64,000 nt of DNA, taken from assembly GCA_964395625.1 (NCBI GenBank), contig CAYNAR010000005.1, positions 6,537-70,536 of the forward strand. The letters run 5' to 3'. Of this stretch, positions 28,078-36,897 are shown piece after piece; within the stretch, counting starts at the first letter, position 1; each line of letters starts with the position of its first letter. The translations under genes were made by a program, and so were the position numbers. Under the pieces are notes generated by a model. The model searched no databases and had not been told where the DNA came from. It saw only the letters and a list, made by a program, of their open reading frames with translations. Origin of the DNA: an uncultured Gammaproteobacteria bacterium (GTDB lineage: Bacteria; Patescibacteriota; Patescibacteriia; Patescibacteriales; WJLG01).

Positions 28078-28131
28078 GAAATTCGATCAAGGGAGCCTCA
28101 AAAGCTCCTTTTTTAAACTAATAAGCTTCTT

Positions 28132-29274
28132 ATGAATATAGGAGTCGACATTAGGGTTTTGACGGACAAAAAGTATAGTGGAGTATCTTGGCATGTACTG
28201 GAGCTATTGTCCGCTATTTTGGCGATCGATAAGGATAATCGATATTTTTTGTATTATAATTCTTTTCATGATTTGCGTAGTCGTTTGCCCTTATTGGATA
28301 ATTCCGTCGCCAAGATCGTTTCTACGAAATTCCCCAACAAGGTATTTAATTATTTTTTGCAAAAGATTTTTCGTTGGCCTAAGTTGGATGTGGTTGTCGG
28401 AGGGTCTTCTGATAAAATGGATTTGTTCTGGTTGCCTCATATAAATTTTTCTTCGATTTCCGATGGTTGCAAGAAAGTTCTGACTATTCATGACCTTTCG
28501 TTTTTGATTTATCCTGAGTTTTTTTCTTTTCGCAAGAACCTTTGGCACCGTTCTCTCGGCTTGAGAAGATTGGTCAAGGAATCAGACGTCGTGGTGGCTA
28601 TTTCCGATAGCACGAAAAACGACATAATGAAGATTTTTGATGTTTCCGAAGATAAAATAAGAGTTATACCACCGGGTGTCGATAGTAGGTTTGTAAAAAA
28701 GGAGCTTTGTGAATTGGAGGGCGTTAAAGAAAAGTACAAATTGCCTGAAAAATTTATTTTCAACATTGGTAATTTGGAGCCGAGGAAGAATATCGCCGGT
28801 TTGATTCGCGCTTTCGATTCTGTCGCCGATAAAGTAGATGATTATTACTTAGTACTGGCTGGCGGGGTGGGGTGGAGGAATAGAGAAATCCTTTCAACTA
28901 TCGATAAATCCAAAAACAGAGAGAAGATTAAGGTTTTGGGTTACATTGACGATGTCGATAGACCGGCTTTGTATAATTTAGCTAAGTTATTTACTTACCC
29001 GTCTTTCTATGAAGGATTCGGCTTGCCGATTCTGGAGGCGATGGCCTGTGGCTGTCCTGTAGTGACTGGCAATGCGTCGTCTTTGTCGGAGGCGGCCGGC
29101 GATGCCGCTTTATTAGTGGATATCAACAACGAAAAAGCTATTGAAGAGGCTTTGATGACTTTGATTAACGACGGGGATTTGAGATGTCGTTTGTCGGAAA
29201 AAGGACTAGAGCAGGCTAAAAGATTTAAATGGGTGGAAGCAGCTGAAAAATATCTTGAAGTTTTTAAAAAATAG
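28132..29274 (+). CDS. Glycosyltransferase family 4
   Basis: 'PSFYEGFGLPILEAMACGCPVVTGNASSLSEAAGDAALLVD' is a GT4 motif. Confidence 0.85.
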   Translation: MNIGVDIRVLTDKKYSGVSWHVLELLSAILAIDKDNRYFLYYNSFHDLRSRLPLLDNSVAKIVSTKFPNKVFNYFLQKIFRWPKLDVVVGGSSDKMDLFWLPHINFSSISDGCKKVLTIHDLSFLIYPEFFSFRKNLWHRSLGLRRLVKESDVVVAISDSTKNDIMKIFDVSEDKIRVIPPGVDSRFVKKELCELEGVKEKYKLPEKFIFNIGNLEPRKNIAGLIRAFDSVADKVDDYYLVLAGGVGWRNREILSTIDKSKNREKIKVLGYIDDVDRPALYNLAKLFTYPSFYEGFGLPILEAMACGCPVVTGNASSLSEAAGDAALLVDINNEKAIEEALMTLINDGDLRCRLSEKGLEQAKRFKWVEAAEKYLEVFKK

Positions 29275-29295
29275 CTTTGACTTGTAATTTTTTTA

Positions 29296-30375
29296 TTGAC
29301 AAAGATTATGAAAAAAGAGATAAAAATCAAAACCAAGCCACGCGTGGCTATCGCTATGTCGGGCGGTGTCGACTCGTCTACGGTCGCTAAAATGCTAAAA
29401 GACAAAGGTTACGAATGCCTGGGTGTCTTTATGCGTCTTGGTATAGAGCGCGGTTGCTGTGATGAGGATGCCGCCAGAAGGGTGTGTCAGAAAATCGGAA
29501 TAAAATTCTACCCAATCGACGTAAGGACTAGATTCAAGAAGGAGGTTAAGGATTATTTTTTAGAATCTTATAAAAAGGGGGTAACACCTAACCCGTGCGT
29601 TAAGTGCAATCAACTGATAAAATTCGGGGAGCTCTTGCAGAAGTCCCTGTCTTTAGGTTGCGACTATTTGGCCACCGGTCATTATATAAAGCTAAAGAAG
29701 GTTAGAGGTAAGTATAGACTCTTTCGGGCAAAAGACATCACCAAAGATCAGACTTATTTTTTGTACAACCTAACTCAAGACGAACTCAGTCATTTGATGT
29801 TTCCGATAGGTGATTCAATAAAGGAAAAAATCAAGAAAGTCGCCGAGAAGGACGAGTTGCCCCACTTGAAGCACGAGAGTCAGGACGTTTGCTTTTTGTC
29901 TGGCGAGCACAACGATTATCTCAAGGAGAATTTGAAGATGAAGGTCGGGCCGATAAAAAATGCCGAAGGAACCGTTATCGGTGAGCATCAGGGCTTGCCT
30001 TTGTATACCATCGGTCAGCGCAAGGGGGTCGAGGTTGGCGGTACTGGTCCTTATTATGTGGTTAAGAAGGATTTTAAGACTAATACTCTTTTCATCACGA
30101 ATAAATCCGATGACCCGGCTCTAAGTTCTCAGGAGTTGATGGCTGAAAATGTCAATTGGATATCCGGTTCGGCTCCCAAATTTCCTTTTAAGTGCCAAGC
30201 CGTGATTCGTTATCGTCATCCGGCCGTACCTTGTTTGGTTAGCAAGGTTTCTTCCTCTAAAAAAGAAGATAAGGTCAAGGTGGAGTTTTCCGTGCCACAA
30301 CGCGCTATAACTTCCGGTCAAAGTGTGGTTTTCTATAAGGGTAATGAGCTTTTGGGAGGAGGAATCATTGAATAG
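29296..30375 (+). CDS. mnmA: tRNA 2-thiouridine(34) synthase
   Basis: PP-loop 'VAIAMSGGVDSS' and the catalytic Cys region 'NPCVKCN' are diagnostic of MnmA. Confidence 0.9.
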   Translation: MTKIMKKEIKIKTKPRVAIAMSGGVDSSTVAKMLKDKGYECLGVFMRLGIERGCCDEDAARRVCQKIGIKFYPIDVRTRFKKEVKDYFLESYKKGVTPNPCVKCNQLIKFGELLQKSLSLGCDYLATGHYIKLKKVRGKYRLFRAKDITKDQTYFLYNLTQDELSHLMFPIGDSIKEKIKKVAEKDELPHLKHESQDVCFLSGEHNDYLKENLKMKVGPIKNAEGTVIGEHQGLPLYTIGQRKGVEVGGTGPYYVVKKDFKTNTLFITNKSDDPALSSQELMAENVNWISGSAPKFPFKCQAVIRYRHPAVPCLVSKVSSSKKEDKVKVEFSVPQRAITSGQSVVFYKGNELLGGGIIE

Positions 30376-30446
30376 TAGATTTTTTTTGTTTAATATTAGT
30401 TAATGAATTACAAAATGTGTTTTGCTTGGCAACGTTTGTTCTTTTG

Positions 30447-30580
30447 TTGACATTTTTCTTTCATTGTATTAAACTACTAATATAAAGGAAAAGCCCGTTA
30501 GATGGCCTTTCCGCTTTTAATTTTAATCTCTCATATCTTGAGCGCTAAGGGTAAACCTTGTCCGTTCTTAGCCTGAACGG
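30447..30580 (+). promoter_or_regulatory. Candidate promoter (TTGACA...TAAACT) and structured 5' leader upstream of rpsB-tsf
   Basis: TTGACA at 30447-30452. Leader hairpin CCGUUC-UUAGCCU-GAACGG at 30562-30580 with no T-run, so not a terminator. The 240-nt ORF-free spacer is unusually long for this genome. Confidence 0.3.
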
Positions 30581-30616
30581 ATTTATTGGTCGAGGTAGAG
30601 GAAAAAAGGAAAAACT

Positions 30617-31312
30617 ATGGCTAAATTGCCAAAAATCGAGGAGATGTTGGCGGCCGGTATGCATTTCGGCCACAGCACTCAAAGATGGCATCCTAAGATG
30701 AGGCCTTTCATCTTCGGTGCTAGAAAAGGGATTTACATCATTGATTTGAGCAAATCTCAGAAATCTCTAGAGAACGCTTTGGTTTTCATGGAGAATTTGG
30801 TTCGCGAGGGTAAGACGATTCTTTTCGTCGGCACCAAGAATCAAGCTAAAAAACAGATCAAGGAGTCCGCTTTATTGATGGACATGCCTTATATCTCTGA
30901 GAAGTGGCTTTGTGGTCTTTTGACCAACTTCGTCGTCTTCAAAAAGATGATTAAGAAATACAAGGATCTTTTGGAGGAAAAGAGAAGCGGAAAATTGGAC
31001 AAGTACACCAAGAAAGAGAGATTGGATTTTGATAAGGAAATAGAACGTTTAGAGAAGAAGGTCGGCGGTTTGATTAATTTACACAAACTCCCTGATGCTT
31101 TGTTTGTTTGGGATATCAAGAAGGAAGCTACCGCTATCGCCGAGGCTAAAGTGAAGAATATTCCGATAGTTGCCGTTTGCGATACTAACGTTAATCCTAC
31201 CTTGGTTAATTACCCGATACCGTCCAATGACGACGCCACCAAAGCCGTGAATCTTCTTTTGAATTGCATCAAGGACAACGTCAACGATGCTAAGAAGGTA
31301 GAGTCTAAGTAA
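30617..31312 (+). CDS. rpsB: 30S ribosomal protein S2
   Basis: 'MLAAGMHFGHSTQRWHPKMRPFIFGARKGIYIIDL' is the canonical uS2 N-terminus. Confidence 0.95.
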   Translation: MAKLPKIEEMLAAGMHFGHSTQRWHPKMRPFIFGARKGIYIIDLSKSQKSLENALVFMENLVREGKTILFVGTKNQAKKQIKESALLMDMPYISEKWLCGLLTNFVVFKKMIKKYKDLLEEKRSGKLDKYTKKERLDFDKEIERLEKKVGGLINLHKLPDALFVWDIKKEATAIAEAKVKNIPIVAVCDTNVNPTLVNYPIPSNDDATKAVNLLLNCIKDNVNDAKKVESK

Positions 31313-31377
31313 AAAACAAAATAAAACAAGAAATCGTGCCCTTGCTTTCGAGTAAGGTTCGGTTTCCAATTAAATCT

Positions 31378-32172
31378 ATGGAACTCATAAAAGAATTGCG
31401 TGAAAGAAGTGGCGCCGGTATGATGGATTGCAAGAAGGCTTTAGAAGAAGCTGGCAACGATATAGATGCTGCTATGGAGCTTTTGCGCAAGAAAGGTATA
31501 GCGAAAGCCGCTAAAAGAGAGGGGAATGAGGCCAAAGAGGGTGTCGTGGAATTATCGATAAGCGAGGCTGGTGATGAAGGTTATATGGTCGAGTTGAACT
31601 CGGAGACCGACTTTGTCTCCAAGAATGAGAAGTTTCGCGATTTGGCGAAGTCCGTTTTGGAAGTCATTAAAGCCAATAAACCGGCCGATATGGATGCTTT
31701 GATGTCTCTGCCGATGGGTGTTTCGACTGTCAAGGAATCCATTGATGAGCTTTCTGGTAAAATCGGCGAGAAGATAGTTCTCAAACAGTTCGCCGTCCTT
31801 GCCGGAGGTACTGTCGCCGCCTATTCTCATATGGGTGGTAAAATCGGCGTCTTAGTTTCTCTTGATGTGGCCGGGAAAGCCGATTTGGCTAGCGACATTG
31901 CTATGCAAGTAGCTGCCGCCAATCCTTTGTACATCTATCCTTCTGAAGTTCCGACTGAGAACATCGACAAAGAGAAAGAGATCGAGCGCGAGGTTTTAGT
32001 CAAAGAAGGGAAGCCTGCCGGCGTCATCGATAAAATTCTCGAAGGCAAGGTCAATAAATATTTAGAAGGCATTTGTCTTGTCAGGCAGGAGTTTATAAAG
32101 GACGACAAGAAGAAAGTGGAGCAAGTTTTGGATGGTGCCACTATTACCGCTTTCAAGAGATTTGGTGCTTAA
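31378..32172 (+). CDS. tsf: Elongation factor Ts
   Basis: 'MELIKELRERSGAGMMDCKKALEEAGNDIDAA' is the canonical EF-Ts N-terminus. Start placed at ATG 31378 rather than the track's upstream GTG at 31336. Confidence 0.9.
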   Translation: MELIKELRERSGAGMMDCKKALEEAGNDIDAAMELLRKKGIAKAAKREGNEAKEGVVELSISEAGDEGYMVELNSETDFVSKNEKFRDLAKSVLEVIKANKPADMDALMSLPMGVSTVKESIDELSGKIGEKIVLKQFAVLAGGTVAAYSHMGGKIGVLVSLDVAGKADLASDIAMQVAAANPLYIYPSEVPTENIDKEKEIEREVLVKEGKPAGVIDKILEGKVNKYLEGICLVRQEFIKDDKKKVEQVLDGATITAFKRFGA

Positions 32173-32192
32173 TCACTATAGTGTTTTTCAAA

Positions 32193-32229
32193 GATGCCGC
32201 CGCTTAGACATAGCAGCGGCATCTTTTTA
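32193..32229 (+). terminator. Rho-independent terminator after tsf
   Basis: GAUGCCGCCGC-loop-GCAGCGGCAUC followed by UUUUU. Its position argues against the track's 32194 start for the downstream gene. Confidence 0.6.
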
Positions 32230-32262
32230 GAGAGTATTATTTTTTTAAATACACCTAAATAT

Positions 32263-33054
32263 ATGCGTATAGCAGAAGTTCAATTCTCGAAGTGGGATAA
32301 GGTCTACGACTTTTCTTTAGGGCATCTGGAGTTAAAGGCTGGTAATATGGTTGTTGTTGATACGGAGTTGGGACAAGAGATCGGTGAGGTTGTTAGAATC
32401 GTCGATAAAAAAGATGTTCCGGATGTTTTGAAGCCAGTCGAAAGACTCGCTACTCAAGAAGACTTGGCGAAATTACCTTCAAAGAGAGAGAAAGCTGAAA
32501 TCGTTGGTGCTTGTCGTGATTTGATAACCAAGCATAATTTGCCGATGAAACTGATAGACGTCCATTCTTCTTTTAGTGGGAATCGTTTGAATTTCGCTTT
32601 TATAGCTGATGGAAGAGTAGATTTTAGGGATTTGGTAAAAGACCTTACCTATCAATTCAATAAGACTATTCGCTTGACTCAGATAGGAATCAGAGATGAG
32701 GCCAGATTCTCCGGAGATTGCGGGCATTGTGGTAGACCTTTGTGTTGCAGGGGGTTTTTAAAAGACTTTTCTTCGATAAGCTCGGAGATGGCCGAGGCGC
32801 AGCAGGTTATACATCGCGGTAGTGAGCGTATTTCCGGTTGTTGCGGTCGTTTGATGTGTTGCTTGTCTTACGAATACGAAGGATATAGAGATTTAGCTTC
32901 TAAATTGCCGATGCCGGGAGATAAAGTTAATGTAGACGGTAAGAGGGGTACTGTCGTCGGGTGTCAGTTTTTGAAACAAAGCGTTAGTGTGGAAATAGAT
33001 GATGCTAAAGAGGGGCGCATGATAATCGATGTAGATTATAGCAAAAAAGGTTAG
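32263..33054 (+). CDS. PSP1 C-terminal domain protein (RicT/YaaT-like)
   Basis: 'MRIAEVQFSKWDKVYDFSLGHLELKAGNMVVVDTELGQEIGEVV' matches the PSP1/YaaT N-terminus. Cys-rich C-terminal half (CGHCGRPLCC...CCGRLMCC). Confidence 0.7.
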   Translation: MRIAEVQFSKWDKVYDFSLGHLELKAGNMVVVDTELGQEIGEVVRIVDKKDVPDVLKPVERLATQEDLAKLPSKREKAEIVGACRDLITKHNLPMKLIDVHSSFSGNRLNFAFIADGRVDFRDLVKDLTYQFNKTIRLTQIGIRDEARFSGDCGHCGRPLCCRGFLKDFSSISSEMAEAQQVIHRGSERISGCCGRLMCCLSYEYEGYRDLASKLPMPGDKVNVDGKRGTVVGCQFLKQSVSVEIDDAKEGRMIIDVDYSKKG

Positions 33055-33127
33055 TGCTATTAGTCGTTTGCAGGTATCGACAAAAACATGCTATAATTTT
33101 ATAGCAGAAAAACCTAAATAAGAATTT

Positions 33128-33514
33128 ATGCCAATAATTGGTAAGGAGGTTAAAATACTCATTGTTGAGGATGATGAGTTTTTACTTAATATTTACCTGA
33201 CTTCTTTTAAGAAGGAGGGGTTTAGGGTTTTTGTAGCCAAAACAGGCGAGGATGGTCTTAAAATGGCCATCGAAGAGCGTCCGAGTGTTATATTGTTGGA
33301 TATTCTTCTTCCTGGAGAAAAGAATGGCCTAGATGTGATGAAGTCTCTTGCTAGCAAAGTGGAGACGGCGGAAATACCGGTGATGATAATGAGTAATTTG
33401 GCGGATGATATCACTATTAGCGAGGGTATGGCTCTCGGTGCTAAGGGGTATTTTATCAAATCTCAATTTAGCCCCAAAGATGTCGTGCGTAACGTCTTGA
33501 CTTTCTTGAAATAA
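33128..33514 (+). CDS. Single-domain response regulator (REC/CheY-like receiver only)
   Basis: 'KILIVEDDEFL...VILLDILLPGEKNGLDVMKSL...YFIKS' carries the receiver acidic pocket, phospho-accepting Asp and conserved Lys. No output domain. Confidence 0.85.
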   Translation: MPIIGKEVKILIVEDDEFLLNIYLTSFKKEGFRVFVAKTGEDGLKMAIEERPSVILLDILLPGEKNGLDVMKSLASKVETAEIPVMIMSNLADDITISEGMALGAKGYFIKSQFSPKDVVRNVLTFLK

Positions 33515-33614
33515 ATAGTATTCTGTATATAAAGACAAGCCAATAGTTTTGGTTTGTTTTTTAGTAGTGAAAGTTAGAACATTGAAAATTTATCAACTTG
33601 GACGGAGGATTGTT

Positions 33615-34580
33615 ATGGAGAAGAAGGATCAGAATTTGATGGCAGGTAAGACTATTTGCCCAGTACTACAAAAGCATTATGAATTGCCAGCATCTGAGAA
33701 GGAGAAATTTTTAAGGACTAAAGAGGCGATTTTTCTTTTAGATGGTCTGCCTCAAAAGACTAGGGAGATTGTAGTTTATGGCTTCCTTAACGGATTGCAT
33801 GGTGAAAATGTCAAAGATTGGAAGGAGGTAGTCGATCGTTTTATGGAAAGCCGTGTCATGAGGAATTTATCTATTAATCCGGGAACGTCATTCGGAACAG
33901 ATCTTATGTATAGATTGATACCGATTCAGGATTCTGTAGAAAAATATTTCCTTATGTCGAAGGCTGGAGGCATCTCATTGCGTGGTCGTTTTGATTCCGT
34001 GGTTGGCAGAAGCATTAGGATGATAAGAGAAATTCTTGACAAGCATAGTCATTGTCATCTCGCTGATTTTGGAGCGGGGGCTGGGACGACCGCCATGGAA
34101 ATTCTTCGTCTTATGAATGAAGAGAGGGGTTTTATTAGTATCGATTGTATTGATATTGATGAAAAGTCTTTATCCGTTGGAAGAGAAAAGAGTAGGATCG
34201 GAGGATTTGACGAGATAGAGTTTGTTAAATCCGATATGACTAAGATGAAAGATTTTTACAAAGAAAACAGTAAGTTGGACATAGGTCTTCTTATTGGAGT
34301 TCTTTGCGGTATGCCTCATCGTCACAGGGTTTTACTTCTAAAGACTTTGAAAAGATATTTTAAACCCGGTGGAAAAATGATTGCAGCCGCTTTGCTTGAA
34401 AAAATGGCTCAAGACGATCTTTTTAGCGCCTATCTTCTTAGAGAGATAACCGGTTGGCAGTTACAATATCGTAGTCTCGGTGATCTTGAGAGTGCTTTCG
34501 TAGAGGCTGGTTGGAAATATCTTAGTTATTTTCAAGAAGAGCCGACTAGGTTTTACGAAATAGGGATAGCTGAGGCTTGA
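33615..34580 (+). CDS. Class I SAM-dependent methyltransferase
   Basis: Motif I 'LADFGAGAGTTAMEIL'. Strong RBS GGAGGA 5 nt upstream of ATG 33615, so the track's 33549 start was rejected. Confidence 0.7.
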   Translation: MEKKDQNLMAGKTICPVLQKHYELPASEKEKFLRTKEAIFLLDGLPQKTREIVVYGFLNGLHGENVKDWKEVVDRFMESRVMRNLSINPGTSFGTDLMYRLIPIQDSVEKYFLMSKAGGISLRGRFDSVVGRSIRMIREILDKHSHCHLADFGAGAGTTAMEILRLMNEERGFISIDCIDIDEKSLSVGREKSRIGGFDEIEFVKSDMTKMKDFYKENSKLDIGLLIGVLCGMPHRHRVLLLKTLKRYFKPGGKMIAAALLEKMAQDDLFSAYLLREITGWQLQYRSLGDLESAFVEAGWKYLSYFQEEPTRFYEIGIAEA

Positions 34581-34652
34581 ACTTTTTTATGACTCCGAAT
34601 TTTGCTATAATGAAAATGCAAGATTCGGAGTTTTTTATTTTTTTACAAGGAG

Positions 34653-36860
34653 ATGTATTCATTTTTTATTTTTAGCGCGATTTTCAACGCTCTTATCAGT
34701 CTTTGTTTGGGTATTTTTGTGTTATCGAAAAACATAAACAGCAGAGTCAATAAAATTTTCGCCTTTCTTTGTTTATCTGTCGCTGTTTGGTCGTTTTTTT
34801 ATATTGGATGGCCGTTATCCAGGGATGCCGAATCGACTTTATTCTGGTTCCGACTTTTGCACATTGGGGCATCTTTCACTCCGATAGCTTATTTTCATTT
34901 CGTCACGAGCTGGCTTGGCATAGAGAAGAAGGGTAGAGTTGCCATAGTAATCGGCTACGTTCTTTCTTTTATTTTTTCCTTCCTGTCATTCTCGCCATAT
35001 TTTATCATGGGAATGGTTCCTAAATTCCAGATGAGGTTTTGGGCGGAGCCGGGAATTATCTATCATTTTTATTTATTATATTTTTTCTTTTATTTTGTCT
35101 CATCTTCGGTTTTACTCTATTTAAGCTACAAAAAATCATTTGGTATAAAAAAGAAGCAAGTTTTTTACATAACACTCGGAACTATTTTTTCAATAATTGG
35201 CGGTTCTACTAATTATTTTCTTTGGTACGATATCAATATTCCGCCATACGGAAACATCCTAGCCGGTTCTTTTGTTATTTTTTCGGCATATGCGATTATC
35301 AGATATCGTTTTATGGATATTAGGATAGTGGCAAAGAGATCCTTTATGTATTTTAGCTCCGCCTTATTCACATTCTTCTTTCTCTCCCTGTCTTTGTGGT
35401 TGTTCGAGTCTTTCTTTAGTGGGTATAGCGGGTTTTCTCTATCGGTGGCCTCGGCTGTTTTAGCTGCCGTTTTTACGATAATATTCTATTATTTAGAGGT
35501 GCTCTTGAAGGATTTGGCGGATAAGCGTTTTTTTTCTGATATACACAACTACGAAGAAACTGTGAGGGTTGTAGCTCAGGAGCTTACCAGGCATAACGAT
35601 GCCGGGGAAATCGCCGATTTGATTTTTGACACAATTAAAAAAACCATTCCTGTCAGAAGGATAGGCGTCTTTTCTTTGATGGGCGGGGATTTTTTGTCTG
35701 TACGTTATCAAGCTATTAAAATTTCAGGATTCGATAAAATTCGTTGCCAGAAAATACTAAAGGATGATTTTTTTATCAAGTATTTGGAAAAAACATCTTC
35801 GCCGTTAGTCACGGAAGAGTTGCCTTTTTTAAGTGAGACCTCCGCTTATTTCAAGAATAAAAATCAGTTATTAGGGGTTGCTTTAAGAATGAATGAATGC
35901 AAAGCTTCCGTATGTCTACCTCTTATGGTCGACAATAAGGTGGCCGGGATGGTGTTGCTGGGCAGAAAGCTTTCCGGCGACTCCTATAACAAGGAAGACT
36001 TGATGCTCTTATCTACTCTTGCCGATCAGGCCGGCATAGCCCTTAATAATGCTATGCTATATCAGTGCATTAAAAAATTTGGCAAGGAATTACAGGGCAA
36101 GGTAGATGAACAAACAAAGGAACTAAAGAAAAAAGCTGAAGAGTTGGAGGAAAAAAATAAAAATCTTAACAAGCTCCTAGGTGTTAAAAATGAATTTTTA
36201 AAGATAGTCAATCATCAGATAAATACCCCGCTTTCTATTATAAAGAATTCGGTTTTTATGGTGCGTAATAAGTCGTTTAGCGTCGAAAAGGGGCTGTCTT
36301 TCGTAGAAAAAGGAGCAAAAAGGATTGACGATGTTTTGAATGAATTTTGGAAGGCTTTTTATGTTGGTGGCGAGGGCGTTAAGTTGAAGCCGAGAAAGAT
36401 CGATTTGGTTAGATTGGCTAGTAAGACGATAAAGGATTATGCGACCGCGGATAAAATAAAGGATGGAAGAATTGTAATTAATTTTATAAAGGATGATAAA
36501 ATTCCGCTCGTTAAGGCCGATCCGGTTCAGTTGTCTCAGGTTTTTGGCAATCTGATTGATAATTCGTTGTGCTATACTAAGTCTGGCTCTATCGATGTAA
36601 ATATTAAGAGAAGTGATAATTTTATTAAAGTTTTTGTTTCTGACACTGGACAAGGAATAGAAAAGAATGATATAAAGCATATTTTTGAAAAATTTTTTCG
36701 TAGCGCAGCCGCTAAAAAAACTCAACCGAGTGGTTCGGGATTGGGTCTCTATATCATAAAAAAGATAGTTGAGGCTGGTGGAGGAGTCATGAAGCTGGAG
36801 AGAACTGAAGTCGATAAAGGGACAACTTTCAGTTTCACTGTGCCGATTTGGAAAAAATAG
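34653..36860 (+). CDS. Sensor histidine kinase with multi-TM N-terminal sensor, GAF-like region, coiled coil, HisKA and HATPase_c
   Basis: About 7 N-terminal TM helices. 'VNHQINTPLSII' (H-box). 'VFVSDTGQGIEKNDIKHIFEKFFR...GSGLGLYIIKKIVEAGGG' (N, G1, G2 boxes). RBS AAGGAG. Confidence 0.85.
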   Translation: MYSFFIFSAIFNALISLCLGIFVLSKNINSRVNKIFAFLCLSVAVWSFFYIGWPLSRDAESTLFWFRLLHIGASFTPIAYFHFVTSWLGIEKKGRVAIVIGYVLSFIFSFLSFSPYFIMGMVPKFQMRFWAEPGIIYHFYLLYFFFYFVSSSVLLYLSYKKSFGIKKKQVFYITLGTIFSIIGGSTNYFLWYDINIPPYGNILAGSFVIFSAYAIIRYRFMDIRIVAKRSFMYFSSALFTFFFLSLSLWLFESFFSGYSGFSLSVASAVLAAVFTIIFYYLEVLLKDLADKRFFSDIHNYEETVRVVAQELTRHNDAGEIADLIFDTIKKTIPVRRIGVFSLMGGDFLSVRYQAIKISGFDKIRCQKILKDDFFIKYLEKTSSPLVTEELPFLSETSAYFKNKNQLLGVALRMNECKASVCLPLMVDNKVAGMVLLGRKLSGDSYNKEDLMLLSTLADQAGIALNNAMLYQCIKKFGKELQGKVDEQTKELKKKAEELEEKNKNLNKLLGVKNEFLKIVNHQINTPLSIIKNSVFMVRNKSFSVEKGLSFVEKGAKRIDDVLNEFWKAFYVGGEGVKLKPRKIDLVRLASKTIKDYATADKIKDGRIVINFIKDDKIPLVKADPVQLSQVFGNLIDNSLCYTKSGSIDVNIKRSDNFIKVFVSDTGQGIEKNDIKHIFEKFFRSAAAKKTQPSGSGLGLYIIKKIVEAGGGVMKLERTEVDKGTTFSFTVPIWKK

Positions 36861-36865
36861 TGATT

Positions 36866-36897
36866 AAAAAAACACCGGCTAGTGCCGGTGTTTTTTT
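36866..36897. terminator. Bidirectional terminator between the histidine kinase (+) and clpB (-)
   Basis: AAAAAAA-CACCGGC-UAGU-GCCGGUG-UUUUUUU. The clpB stop codon sits in the T-run. Confidence 0.65.

Noticed and set aside
31336-31377. Upstream GTG start for tsf (track ORF 31336)
   Set aside because: The extension 'MPLLSSKVRFPIKS' is not part of conserved EF-Ts; the ATG at 31378 gives the canonical MELIKELRE N-terminus.
34591-34636. Hairpin ACUCCGAAU...AUUCGGAGU plus U-run after the methyltransferase, called as terminator
   Set aside because: The 22-nt loop is too large for a confident intrinsic terminator. The loop contains a TGnTATAAT extended -10, so the element may be a promoter/attenuator for the histidine kinase. 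Left unannotated.
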